Part shown: one piece after another, positions 24,824 through 33,881 of the stretch
Numbering within the stretch: the stretch's first letter is position 1
Layout of the letters: each line of letters starts with the position of its first letter
Assembly: GCA_016214985.1 (NCBI GenBank)
Contig: JACRMM010000063.1
Span: forward strand, 5,460 to 69,459
Reading direction: 5' to 3'
Source: Deltaproteobacteria bacterium
GTDB taxonomy: Bacteria > Desulfobacterota > Deferrisomatia > Deferrisomatales > JACRMM01
DNA: 64,000 bases
The notes under the pieces: model-generated
Told to the model about the DNA's origin: nothing
The model's input: only the letters and a program-made list of their open reading frames with translations
The model's database searches: none
Position numbers and translations under genes: made by a program

Positions 24824-26209
24824 ATGCCCATGGAGAATGCGATGCTCAAAGGAGGGCGCCCCACGGGCCCCTCGAAGCTCTTCGTGGAGGTCACCACGCG
24901 CTGCAACCTGCGCTGCCGGATGTGCGTCAAGCAGGCGGCCGGATGCTCGGTGGAGGAGGGCGATCTCACCCCCGAGACCTTTGCAGCCCTGGAGCCGGCC
25001 CTGCCCGGCCTTGACGCCCTCGTGCTCTCGGGGATCGGCGAGCCGCTCCTCCACCCCGAGCTCGAGGCCTTCGTCCGCCGTGCCAAGGCGCTCCTGCCCC
25101 CGGAGGCCTGGGTCGGGTTTCAGACAAACGGGCTCCTCCTCGACGGGGACCGTGCCGCGTCGCTCGCGGCGGCGGGCGTGGATCGGGTGTGCCTCTCGCT
25201 CGACGCGGTGTCTCCCGCAGCCTTTCAACGGATTCGGGAAGGAGGGGAAGTGGGGGCGGTGGACCGCGCCCTGGCCGCACTCCGGGAGGTCCGGGGTCGC
25301 TCCTCTCCGTCCCGGAGCCGCGACCTTCGCCCCTCCGTGGGCATTGGTCGCTCCTCTCCGTCCTGGAACCGCGACCTTCGCCCCTCCGTGGGCATCGAGT
25401 TTGTGGCGATGAGGGATAACGTGCGGGAGCTCCCGGCGGTGCTGCGCTGGGCGGCGTCCCGCGGGGCGGACTTCGCCCTGGTCACCCAGGTGCTACCCTA
25501 CGAGCCGGATCTCGTGCGCCAGGCGGCCTACGACCCGAACACCGACCGGGCGGTGTCGTTCTTCGAGCCGTGGAGGGAGCGGGCGAGGGCCGAAGGGGTA
25601 GACCTCGGACGGTACTTCGCGATCCTGTGGAAGTACGTGAAGACCCCGGAGGAGGAGCGCATCGTGGAGTTCGTCGAGCGGGCCAAGGCCGAGGCCCACG
25701 GCCTCGACGTGTTCGTAAACGTCCAGCGGATCCTGGAGCGCGACGCGGCGTGGCTCGACGAGGTCCAGGCCGTCTTTGCCGAAGCCGCCGAGGTGGCCGC
25801 CGGGGAGGGGATCGAGCTTCGGCTCCCGGAAGTGGTGCCCCGAGGGGACCGCCGGTGCGACTTCGTCGAGAGCGGCGGCGCCTTCGTCTCCTGGGACGGC
25901 CGGGTCCATCCCTGTTACTTCCTGTGGCACGGCTACCGCTGCTTCGTCAACGGCCGAGAGAAGTTCATCCGGCCGCGCGTCTTCGGCGACCTGGCCGACC
26001 GTGGGATCGTTGAGATTTGGAACGACCCGGCGTATCGGGCGTTTCGGGAGGGGGTGCTCCGCTACGACTATCCGTTCTGCTCCGACTGCAACCTCGGCAA
26101 GTGCTGCGACTACGTCCAGGCGCTGGAGTTCGAGCAGGACTGTTACCTGAACGCCGAGCCCTGCGGTGACTGCCTGTGGTGCAAGGGCGTCTTCCAATGC
26201 CTCCAGTGA
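24824..26209 (+). CDS. Radical SAM enzyme with C-terminal SPASM-type auxiliary cluster domain
   Basis: CNLRCRMC (CX3CX2C), GIGEPLL. C-terminal Cys-rich region CDFV...HPCYFLWH...CSDCNLGKCCDY...CGDCLWCKGVFQC. Confidence 0.85.
   Translation: MPMENAMLKGGRPTGPSKLFVEVTTRCNLRCRMCVKQAAGCSVEEGDLTPETFAALEPALPGLDALVLSGIGEPLLHPELEAFVRRAKALLPPEAWVGFQTNGLLLDGDRAASLAAAGVDRVCLSLDAVSPAAFQRIREGGEVGAVDRALAALREVRGRSSPSRSRDLRPSVGIGRSSPSWNRDLRPSVGIEFVAMRDNVRELPAVLRWAASRGADFALVTQVLPYEPDLVRQAAYDPNTDRAVSFFEPWRERARAEGVDLGRYFAILWKYVKTPEEERIVEFVERAKAEAHGLDVFVNVQRILERDAAWLDEVQAVFAEAAEVAAGEGIELRLPEVVPRGDRRCDFVESGGAFVSWDGRVHPCYFLWHGYRCFVNGREKFIRPRVFGDLADRGIVEIWNDPAYRAFREGVLRYDYPFCSDCNLGKCCDYVQALEFEQDCYLNAEPCGDCLWCKGVFQCLQ
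25295..25396 (+). repeat. In-frame 51-bp tandem duplication inside the radical SAM gene
   Basis: Unit 1 is 25295-25345 and unit 2 is 25346-25396. They differ at 3 positions and encode GRSSPSRSRDLRPSVGI / GRSSPSWNRDLRPSVGI. Confidence 0.95.
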
Positions 26210-27365
26210 CCCGGCGGGGGCGCGCCCGTTGTTTGCTTTTCTCCTAACGTACGTCGCCGTATACGGGGGCGTGCACGCCTACCTCTTCTGGCAGGCGCGG
26301 CGCTCCTTCTGCCTGGGCGCGCTCCCCGGCGCCTGTCTGGGCGTCTTCTTTGCCGCCATGGTGGCGGCCCCGATCCTGACCCGCCTGCTCGACCGCCGGG
26401 AGGTCACCGTCCTCGCAAGGCCGCTCGCCTGGGTCGGCTACTCCTGGATGGCGGCCGCCTTCTGGCTCTTCCTGCTCTTCCTCAGCCGGGATCTCTGGAA
26501 CCTGGCTGCGGTCGGCTCCGCGAGGATCTTCCCCGCCGCGCCGCAGGCCGCGCTGCCCTTGAGGGGGAGCGCCCTGGCGTTCCTCTTCGCGGTCCTCCTC
26601 GCGGGGTTCTGGGGTCTCCGGGAGGCCGGCGACATCCGGCTGGAGGAGGTCACGGTTCACACCCCGCACCTGCCCCCCGGTTCCCCACCGGTGCGCCTCG
26701 CCTTCGTCGCCGACGTGCACGCCGACCTCCTCGTCGGGGAGCGCAGGCTCCAGAAGATCGCCGACCTCGTGAGGCGGGCGAAGCCGGACGCGGTCCTGTC
26801 GGGGGGCGACCTGGTCGACGCTTCCGCGGCGCACCTGAGCTCCCTCTCCCGGATCTTCGCGGATCTGCGCCCGCGCCTCGGCAAGTACGCGGTGACCGGG
26901 AACCACGAGTACTACGCCGGTGTCCTGCAGAGCGAGCGCTTCGCGGCAGCGGCCGGCTTTCGGATGCTCCACGGCGAGTCGGTGCTGGTCGAAGGCCGCC
27001 TTCTGCTCGTGGGGGTGGACGACCCCACGGCGAGACAGATGGGTCTTCCGGCCACGCCCCCCGAGGGGGAGCTCCTGCCCCGAGAGGAGGCCCGACCCGC
27101 GGTCGTGCTGCTCAAGCACCGGCCGGCCGTGGCCGCCGGCTCGACGGGACGCTTTGATCTCCAGCTCTCGGGCCACACCCACCGCGGGCAGCTCTGGCCC
27201 TTCCGCTACCTCGTGAGCCTTGAGTACCCGCTCCCCGACGGCCTCTCCTCCGCCGGCCGCGGCTCTGTCCTCTACAAGAGTCGCGGAACTGGGACCTGGG
27301 GCCCGCCCCTGCGCTTTCTCGCGCCCCCCGAAGTGACCCTCGTGGTGCTCGTCCCCGCCGGCTGA
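26166..27365 (+). CDS. Membrane-anchored metallophosphoesterase (calcineurin-like, YkuE/YaeI-type)
   Basis: About 4 N-terminal TM helices, then FVADVHAD, GGDLVD, GNHEYY and GHTHRGQ motifs. Start uncertain: ATG 26166 overlaps the rSAM gene by 44 nt, and TTG 26229 is an alternative. Confidence 0.8.
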   Translation: MTACGARASSNASSDPAGARPLFAFLLTYVAVYGGVHAYLFWQARRSFCLGALPGACLGVFFAAMVAAPILTRLLDRREVTVLARPLAWVGYSWMAAAFWLFLLFLSRDLWNLAAVGSARIFPAAPQAALPLRGSALAFLFAVLLAGFWGLREAGDIRLEEVTVHTPHLPPGSPPVRLAFVADVHADLLVGERRLQKIADLVRRAKPDAVLSGGDLVDASAAHLSSLSRIFADLRPRLGKYAVTGNHEYYAGVLQSERFAAAAGFRMLHGESVLVEGRLLLVGVDDPTARQMGLPATPPEGELLPREEARPAVVLLKHRPAVAAGSTGRFDLQLSGHTHRGQLWPFRYLVSLEYPLPDGLSSAGRGSVLYKSRGTGTWGPPLRFLAPPEVTLVVLVPAG

Positions 27366-27511
27366 ACAGAGGAGCGCCCCCCCTACCCCCGGGCTCGCCG
27401 GGTCTCCGTGGGCCCGACACTAATGCTTTTCCCGCGCTGTTCCGATAGGGACAGATGGTTGGTGCCGGCTTCCTCAGGGTCCCAAAGCGAAGCCCCGGAA
27501 AGCCCGTCGCG

Positions 27512-30385
27512 ATGGAGCGGGGGGACGGGGCTTCCCAGTATCCCGACAGAGAGAGGATTCCCTTGCAGACGTGCTTCGAAGTGCGAACGGTCTTCCTGGC
27601 GCTCACACTTCTTTCCACCGGGCTCGGTGTTGCTGCGGAAGGCCCTGCCACCGGAGAGTCGGGGAACGCCCCAACGTTCCAGGCAGGTGCTCCGGCCGTC
27701 GCCAACGCGGCTGGAGCGGCGGAACAAGCCTTTGCCGAGGCCTTGTCGAAGAACACGATCGCCGCGTTCGAGGCCTTCCTGACCGCCCATCCCGATTCAC
27801 GTGAGGTACCGGAGGCCCGGGAGAGGATCGCCTGGCTCCGGGAAGACGCAGACTACACGAAGGCTAGAGCAGCCGACGACGAAGAAGGGTACCGGGCCTT
27901 TCTGCGGGACCATCCTGGAGCGGTGTTTCGGGAGGAGGTCGAGCTCCGGATCAAGGCCATCGTGGACTGGAAGGCCCAGGAGCAGGCCAAACAACGAGTC
28001 TCGGCCGAAGCCGCAGAGCGCCGTTCCGAGCTCTTCAAGGAGGCTTCGAAGCTCGACACGGCCGCTGCATACCGCCTCTTCCTGGCGGCCTACCCGGAGG
28101 GGCCCGAGGCACAGGAAGCACAGCGAAAGCTGAAGGATGCCGAGGCCGATGATGCCGCCTTCGCACAGGCGCAAACCTCCGAGGAGGGGTTGCGGGCCTA
28201 CCTAGCGGAGCGCCCCGAGGGCCACAACGCCGCCGATGCGCGCAGCAGGCTCGAGGCCCTCAAGGTCGCCTCGGCCGCGGCGTCGGCCCCCGCTGTCTCT
28301 TCCCCTTCGGTTGCGGCGTTCGTGGAAGCCAAGGAGAAGAGAACCGCGGCGGCTCTGGAAGAGTTCCTGGCAAAATACCCTGACTCGACGGAGGCTGCCG
28401 AGGCCCGGGAGCAGCTGGGTTGGCTACGCGAAGATGTCGCCTACGAGAAGGCCAGATCGGCCGACACCGAAGAAGGGTACCGGAGCTTCCTTCGGGAGCA
28501 CCCCAACGCTGTGCTGCGCGACGAGGTCCAACTCCGGCTCAACGCCATCGTGGACCGAAAGTCCAGGGATCAGGCAGCCCAGCAGGCTCAGGCGGAAGCA
28601 GAAAAGCGCCGGCGCGAGGCATACGCCGCGGCGGAGAAGCTCAACACCGCCACGGCGTACGGGGTCTTCCTGGCGGCATATCCGGATGCCCCGGAAGGAG
28701 TCGAAGCCAACCGCCGCATGGAAGCCGCTCAGGCGGACGACGCGGCCTTCGCACAGGCCGTCCAGACGGAGGAGGATCTTCGAACGTACCTCGCCACACG
28801 GCCGGAGGGTGCGCACGCCGCCGAGGCCCGGGAGCGGCTCGAAGCCGCGAAGAAAGCGGGCCCGGTAGCTCCGCCGGCCTCTGCCCTGGGATTCGCGGAG
28901 GCGCAGCGCGCCGGGACCATACAGGCTCTGGAGTCCTTTCTCGTGGCGTTTCCCGACTCGCCGGAGGCGACGGAGGCTCGGAGTCGCATCGACCGGCTCC
29001 GGGAAGACGCCGCCTACGAGAAGGCGAGGGCAGCCAACGATGAGGACGGGTACCGAGCATTCCTCCGCGAGCATCCCCGCGCCGCGCTCCGGGGGGAGGT
29101 CGAACTTCGACTCAACGCCCTGGAGGATTCCAAGGCCCGAGCCGCTGCCGACGCACGGGCCCGAGCCGAAGCGGAGCAGCGGCGAAGGGAGGCTCACGAA
29201 GCGGCAATCAAGCTCGACACCGCTGTCGGGTACGCGTTTTTTCTCGCCGCCTACCCGGATGCCCCGGAAGCCCCGGAAATCCAGCGCCGGTTGGAAGCGG
29301 CCAGGGCGGACGACTCGGCCTACGCGGCTGCGGAGGGTTCGGAGGAAGGTCTCAAGGGATACCTCGCCGCTCGCCCGAAAGGGCTTCACGCGAAGCAGGC
29401 TCGGGAGGGGCTCCTCGCCATCCAGAACGCAGCGTCGGAGGGAGCGTTCAAGGAAGCCGTTCGGATCGACACCGTGGCTGCCCTGGAGTCCTTTCTCAAG
29501 GCCCATCCCGACAGTCCCAGGGCTCCCGAGGCTCGTGCGGCTTTGGAGCGGCGCCGGAAGACGTCCGAGCCTTCGGGACCCCCTCCGGGGGATGCGACGC
29601 TGCCAGTGCTCGTGGCCTCCTTCGTGTCGGCTCCGCCGGTGTCGAACGGCAGGGCGGACGACCGTGCCTGGCAGAGTGCCCAGGGCTTGGAACTCCCTCT
29701 GTCGGGCGGCCGCGGGCCGCGGTCGATCCGCCTCAAGGCGGTCCACGACGGCACGAACGCCTACTTCCTGGCCCAGTGGTCGGACTCGACCCGTGACACG
29801 GCCAATCGGCCCTGGGTCTGGAACGCGGAGCGGAGGACCTACCTTCAGGAGAAGGACCGGCTCGACGATGGCCTGCTGCTGCTGTTGTTCCGGGGGAAGG
29901 TCGCGGCCGAATCCTTCCTGCGACAGCCCCAAGGGCTCGAGGCGGACGCCTGGCTGTGGCGCGCCAACGTCTCTGAGGTCTCAGGTCTCGCCGAGGACGG
30001 GTGGCAGCAGATGGGCGCGGAGCGCTTTCCCAAGGCCCGAGCGTATCCCAATCCCGGCGGCGGCCGCATGTGGGCCCGTTATGAACCCGACGCGGGATCT
30101 CCCGCGTGGAACTTCTACATGCCGTCCGGGCAGCAGGGCCCTCAGGTGTCGAGTTATCGGCGGGCAAAGACTGCTGGCAGCCGCGCCGACGTCACGGCAG
30201 GGGGGGCTTGGAGCGCCGGGGTGTGGACCGTGGAGTTCGCAAGGGCGCTGGATACCCGGCACACGGATGATGTGGCCTTGAGAGTCGGCGGAGAGTGCAA
30301 CTTGGCCGTGGGAGTCTTCGACCGCGCCGAGGAGGCTCCCGACGTGATCAGCGGAATCGTCCGACTGGAACTGCGTGGGCGGTGA
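27512..30385 (+). CDS. Secreted repeat protein: ~3.3 tandem ~190-aa TPR/YbgF-like super-repeats followed by an EB_dh/DOMON/CBM9-like C-terminal domain
   Basis: Signal-like VRTVFLALTLLSTGLGVAAEG (alternative GTG start 27581). 13 copies of the [FY]L-x2-[HYR]P-x(8-12)-A-x3-L unit. C-terminal DDRAWQSAQGLELPL...IRLKAVHDGTNAYFLAQWSDSTRD resembles the ethylbenzene-dehydrogenase-gamma/DOMON fold family. Confidence 0.75.
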   Translation: MERGDGASQYPDRERIPLQTCFEVRTVFLALTLLSTGLGVAAEGPATGESGNAPTFQAGAPAVANAAGAAEQAFAEALSKNTIAAFEAFLTAHPDSREVPEARERIAWLREDADYTKARAADDEEGYRAFLRDHPGAVFREEVELRIKAIVDWKAQEQAKQRVSAEAAERRSELFKEASKLDTAAAYRLFLAAYPEGPEAQEAQRKLKDAEADDAAFAQAQTSEEGLRAYLAERPEGHNAADARSRLEALKVASAAASAPAVSSPSVAAFVEAKEKRTAAALEEFLAKYPDSTEAAEAREQLGWLREDVAYEKARSADTEEGYRSFLREHPNAVLRDEVQLRLNAIVDRKSRDQAAQQAQAEAEKRRREAYAAAEKLNTATAYGVFLAAYPDAPEGVEANRRMEAAQADDAAFAQAVQTEEDLRTYLATRPEGAHAAEARERLEAAKKAGPVAPPASALGFAEAQRAGTIQALESFLVAFPDSPEATEARSRIDRLREDAAYEKARAANDEDGYRAFLREHPRAALRGEVELRLNALEDSKARAAADARARAEAEQRRREAHEAAIKLDTAVGYAFFLAAYPDAPEAPEIQRRLEAARADDSAYAAAEGSEEGLKGYLAARPKGLHAKQAREGLLAIQNAASEGAFKEAVRIDTVAALESFLKAHPDSPRAPEARAALERRRKTSEPSGPPPGDATLPVLVASFVSAPPVSNGRADDRAWQSAQGLELPLSGGRGPRSIRLKAVHDGTNAYFLAQWSDSTRDTANRPWVWNAERRTYLQEKDRLDDGLLLLLFRGKVAAESFLRQPQGLEADAWLWRANVSEVSGLAEDGWQQMGAERFPKARAYPNPGGGRMWARYEPDAGSPAWNFYMPSGQQGPQVSSYRRAKTAGSRADVTAGGAWSAGVWTVEFARALDTRHTDDVALRVGGECNLAVGVFDRAEEAPDVISGIVRLELRGR
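27749..29560 (+). repeat. Diverged tandem coding repeats with periods of 588, 573 and 555 bp
   Basis: The anchor motif (F/L)E(A/E/S)FL..(H/Y/F)PDS recurs at 27767, 28355, 28928 and 29483. Copies are collinear at protein level but clearly diverged at DNA level. Confidence 0.85.
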
Positions 30386-31075
30386 AGAACCTGCGCGAAA
30401 GCATGCCGGAGAGGATAGGAACGAAGTCTTGCGAGCCGGCTGGACGGCCAGGTCCTGGCGAGCGAACAGGGCACGCCAGCCCGGCAGGTGAGAACTGGAC
30501 GATCCAGCACCGCCGCAAAGCGCGCAGCCGATGGAGTCACCCGGATGGAGAAGGCGGCAGGGTGGCGTGGGCTCCCGCCTCACCTCCCTCAAGAGCCGGT
30601 AGGTCCTTCCCCGGCCGCCTGTTCCGCGTCACGATGTAAGCCCGCGGGGCATCACCGGGGGGCATCTTCGCGGAGTCCCTCCGGCCGGGGGAGCGGAAGG
30701 ACGACGGATGTCCTCCCACGGCCGCGTCCTGCTGGGCGGCGTGTCGCCTCTTTCTTGCCCAGGAAGACGCCCTTGGAGAGCGTTCGTACGGCAGCCCTGC
30801 CTTCGAGGCGATGGCCGGGGCGCGCGCCGGCTTCCCTTACGGCGTCAGGGGCTCCGGGGGGACGGCTGGTACGACAACGAGACTTGCCCCCGGGCCGGGC
30901 GGGGGCGTTCTTGGAGCACGGGCAGGCGGTTTCGGCACGACGCCGTCACGAGAACCCGTAGGCTGGATCCGCTCAGAAAAGCTGATCTCGGACTCCAGGA
31001 CTCAGGGATCCTGCCCGCCGGAGAGAACGCCCCCGCCCGGCCCTCCCCAGCGAGTCCGCATCCCTCGTTGTAGTG

Positions 31076-32308
31076 CTAGGCAGCGCGCTCGGGTGTCGCG
31101 ATGAAGCTTTCCACGACGTGCGCGCGGCCTTGGTGGGTGATGGGGACGATGCAGCGCAGGATCGGCAGGTGACTGCCATCCAGCTTCCCGAGCTGACCCG
31201 GGAAGTTCTCGGTCGCTCCGGAGGCGAGGGCCGCCTGGAGTGCCGGAAGCAGGTAGCTGTCGGACCGCCGGCCCACCACTTCGTCTCGGCGAGCGCCGAT
31301 GCAATCCAGAGCGAACCGATTCGCTTCGACGATGTCTCCGCGAGCCGCGTCGACGATCAGGATGCCGGCGTGCACTGAGTTCAGGACCGACCGCAGAAGA
31401 CCTTCGCTCTCCGCCCGCGCGCTCTCCGTGATCTGGCGGACCTCCAGCTCCATCTCCAATTTTCCCCTCGCGGCCTCGAGCTCCCACGTGCGCTCCTGAA
31501 CGAGCTCCTGGAGATGGTTGCGGTGGTGCTCCAGATCTTGGAGCATTTCGTTGAACCCCTGGGACAAGGCGCCCGTCTCGTCGCCGGTCCCCACCTCGGC
31601 CCGCACGGAGAAGTCGCCCCCCTGCGCCGCCTTCATCATCGTGAGGAGACGCTGCAGGGGGCGGACGATTCCCGCGGAGAGGCTGACCGAGATCGCCAGC
31701 GCGAGCACGAGGGCGAGCACGGTCACGCCCGCAATGCTCCACGCCGTCTTCTTCGTCAGCTGCGCGATGGAAGCGAGGGACCCTTCCAAGTCCGCCACGC
31801 TCGCTCCCTTCAGCGCGGCGATCCGCCGCACGAGATCCTCCTGGTGTTCCTGGAGCGCCTTGCGGGGTGCGCCGAAGGCTTCCCACCGCTGGTCGGCAGC
31901 AAGCTTGAACACCCCATCTGCCTGTTGGAGGTGATCGCCGAGGCGTCGGCGCAGGTCGTCGAGCTGCCGGCCCAGTTCGGGGTCCCCGAATTCGGCGCGA
32001 GCTGCGGTCAGCTTCCTGCCCAATTCATCGCCGAGGGCCTTGGCCTCGGAGAGTTTCTCAGGAACGCCGGCATCCACGGCGAGACCCGCGGAGTCCGTCG
32101 TCCGCTTCGCAAGGATCTCCATCTCGGACAGGCGGGCCACCTTTCGGAACGCGACTTCGCCCGCGAATACGGAATTTCTCGCGATCGTCCCCACCGAGAG
32201 AATGCCGTAGAGGTTTCCCAGTGCTACCAGCCCGATCACGGCGGCGAAGCCGAGCAAGATCTTGGCGCGAATGTGCAGGTTGCGAAGGGGACCGGCTGCT
32301 GTGGCCAT
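31076..32308 (-). CDS. Membrane sensor with 4-helix-bundle periplasmic region, HAMP and one PAS domain, and no output domain
   Basis: Start MATAAGPLRNLHIRAKILLGF (TM1). Second TM WSIAGVTVLALVLALAISV. HAMP IVRPLQRLLTMMKAAQGGDFSVRAEV...GFNEMLQDL. Coiled coil. PAS LLRSVLNSVHAGILIVDAARGDIVEAN. The protein ends after the PAS domain. Confidence 0.75.
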   Translation of the reverse strand: MATAAGPLRNLHIRAKILLGFAAVIGLVALGNLYGILSVGTIARNSVFAGEVAFRKVARLSEMEILAKRTTDSAGLAVDAGVPEKLSEAKALGDELGRKLTAARAEFGDPELGRQLDDLRRRLGDHLQQADGVFKLAADQRWEAFGAPRKALQEHQEDLVRRIAALKGASVADLEGSLASIAQLTKKTAWSIAGVTVLALVLALAISVSLSAGIVRPLQRLLTMMKAAQGGDFSVRAEVGTGDETGALSQGFNEMLQDLEHHRNHLQELVQERTWELEAARGKLEMELEVRQITESARAESEGLLRSVLNSVHAGILIVDAARGDIVEANRFALDCIGARRDEVVGRRSDSYLLPALQAALASGATENFPGQLGKLDGSHLPILRCIVPITHQGRAHVVESFIATPERAA

Positions 32309-32531
32309 GGGCTCTGCCTTCTGTGGGGACCCGCTCCCGCGGTTGCCGGCGGGAAAACGCAGTCGTTGGCGGCGGCAACTCCGTGAAGCTCCTATCGGCA
32401 TCCCGGAGCCGCCGGTTTAGCCCGATGCTTCCCCAACGTCCATCGTCCCCAAATTCTCAAGCTGCTCGCTTCCGCGCCCGATACGTATCCATGTCGTCTC
32501 CGGCTGGAAACCTCTTCATAGGACGACCTCC

Positions 32532-33494
32532 ATGGCCATGTTCAATTATGCTGCTCGAGAAGTCACATCCAAGGTTGTGTACTACGGCCCGGGTCTCTCG
32601 GGCAAGACGACGAGCATCCAGTACATGCACTCGAGAATCGGCCCGGGGCACCGGGGCAAACTCGTCAGCCTGGCGACGGAGACCGACCGAACCCTGTTCT
32701 TCGATTTTTTTCCAGTCGAATTCGGTAAGATGGGGCCCTACAAGATCAAGTTCAACTTCTACACCGTGCCTGGCCAGGTGTTCTACAACGCGACCCGCAA
32801 ACTGGTGCTTAAGGGGGTGGACGGCGTGGTGTTCGTCGCCGATTCACACCCCGACATGATGCCACAGAATTTGGAGAGCCTGGAGAACCTGAAGGAAAAC
32901 CTGCTCGCCAGCGGGGTCGACTGGGAGAGCGTTCCTTTCGTCATCCAGTACAACAAGCGCGACATGCCGGGCAGTCTGCCGGTGGAGGAGATGCGAACGG
33001 CATTGAACCAGAGGGGTGCGCCGGACTTCGAGACCATTGCGACCTCTGGGGCGGGAGTCATGGAGGCCATGAAGGCCGTTTGCTCCTTGGTCATCGATGA
33101 CTATCGGAAGACGATGAAGGCTTCGGCCGCGGCGGCGGCTCCGCAGGCAAGAGGCTCTGCTCGCTCTGCGGGGGAGGCGCCGCAGACCACCGTCGCCTCG
33201 TTGCCGCCTGGCGCCCCCCAGCCTGCGGTGGATGGAGGCGGGCCGCCCGAAACTGCGTCCGGTGGGGCAGAGCGAAGGTACCAGGTGCCCCTGCGCCAGG
33301 GCCTGGGCGCGTCGCAGATCACGCTGACGATTCCGCTGGACCTCCACAGCGAAACCCTGGACGCGGGAGCAGAGCTGGCAGTGACCGTGAGGGCGCACTA
33401 CGTGTGCGGGACCGGGCAGATCGTGATGCGCGACCTGGCTCTTGGGCCACCTGCCAACAAGGGCTTCTGGGCGCGGCTTTTCGGTCGGGGCTGA
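32532..33494 (+). CDS. mglA: MglA-family Ras-like GTPase with ~125-aa C-terminal extension
   Basis: The first ~195 aa are nearly collinear with Myxococcus MglA as recalled: GPGLSGKTT, TETDRTLFFDF, YTVPGQVFY, LKGVDGVVFVADS, IQYNKRD. An Ala/Pro-rich linker then precedes a ~70-aa domain ...YQVPLRQGLGASQITLTIPLDLH... Confidence 0.85.
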   Translation: MAMFNYAAREVTSKVVYYGPGLSGKTTSIQYMHSRIGPGHRGKLVSLATETDRTLFFDFFPVEFGKMGPYKIKFNFYTVPGQVFYNATRKLVLKGVDGVVFVADSHPDMMPQNLESLENLKENLLASGVDWESVPFVIQYNKRDMPGSLPVEEMRTALNQRGAPDFETIATSGAGVMEAMKAVCSLVIDDYRKTMKASAAAAAPQARGSARSAGEAPQTTVASLPPGAPQPAVDGGGPPETASGGAERRYQVPLRQGLGASQITLTIPLDLHSETLDAGAELAVTVRAHYVCGTGQIVMRDLALGPPANKGFWARLFGRG

Positions 33495-33881
33495 GAGCGT
33501 CCGCCCACCCGTGGGGCGAGACCCGGAACGGCAAGAGGCCTCCTCAACACTCAAGGTCAAGAAGGTCAAGAACGTCAATATCTGGCAGCACCGCTCCGTT
33601 GCGTGCCTCAACCAGGACCCCTTCAAGACGGATCCGGCCGATCGGTCGGCTCCGACGCCCGCGCAGCGGCAATCGCCCGACGCCCCCGGACCCAACGCCA
33701 ATTTCGCCCCCGCGTTCCGCCAGAGTCGCCCGAGCGAAACCTTCGGGTCTCGTACCGGTTTTCGGTGGCGCAGACTTTCGCGGCGCTGGGCAATAATGGT
33801 AGAAGGAGGCGCGGGACGCGCCCTTGATCGGACGGGCTGCGGTTTGGGTCCCAGCGATTGACTGCCTTCGGAGGGACGGCC

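Noticed and set aside
33550-33580. Short direct repeats TCAAGGTCAAGAAGGTCAAGAACGTCAA between mglA and the parA-like gene
   Set aside because: Only ~9-nt imperfect units over 28 nt. Too short and irregular for a CRISPR, parS or iteron call, though it could be part of a promoter region.
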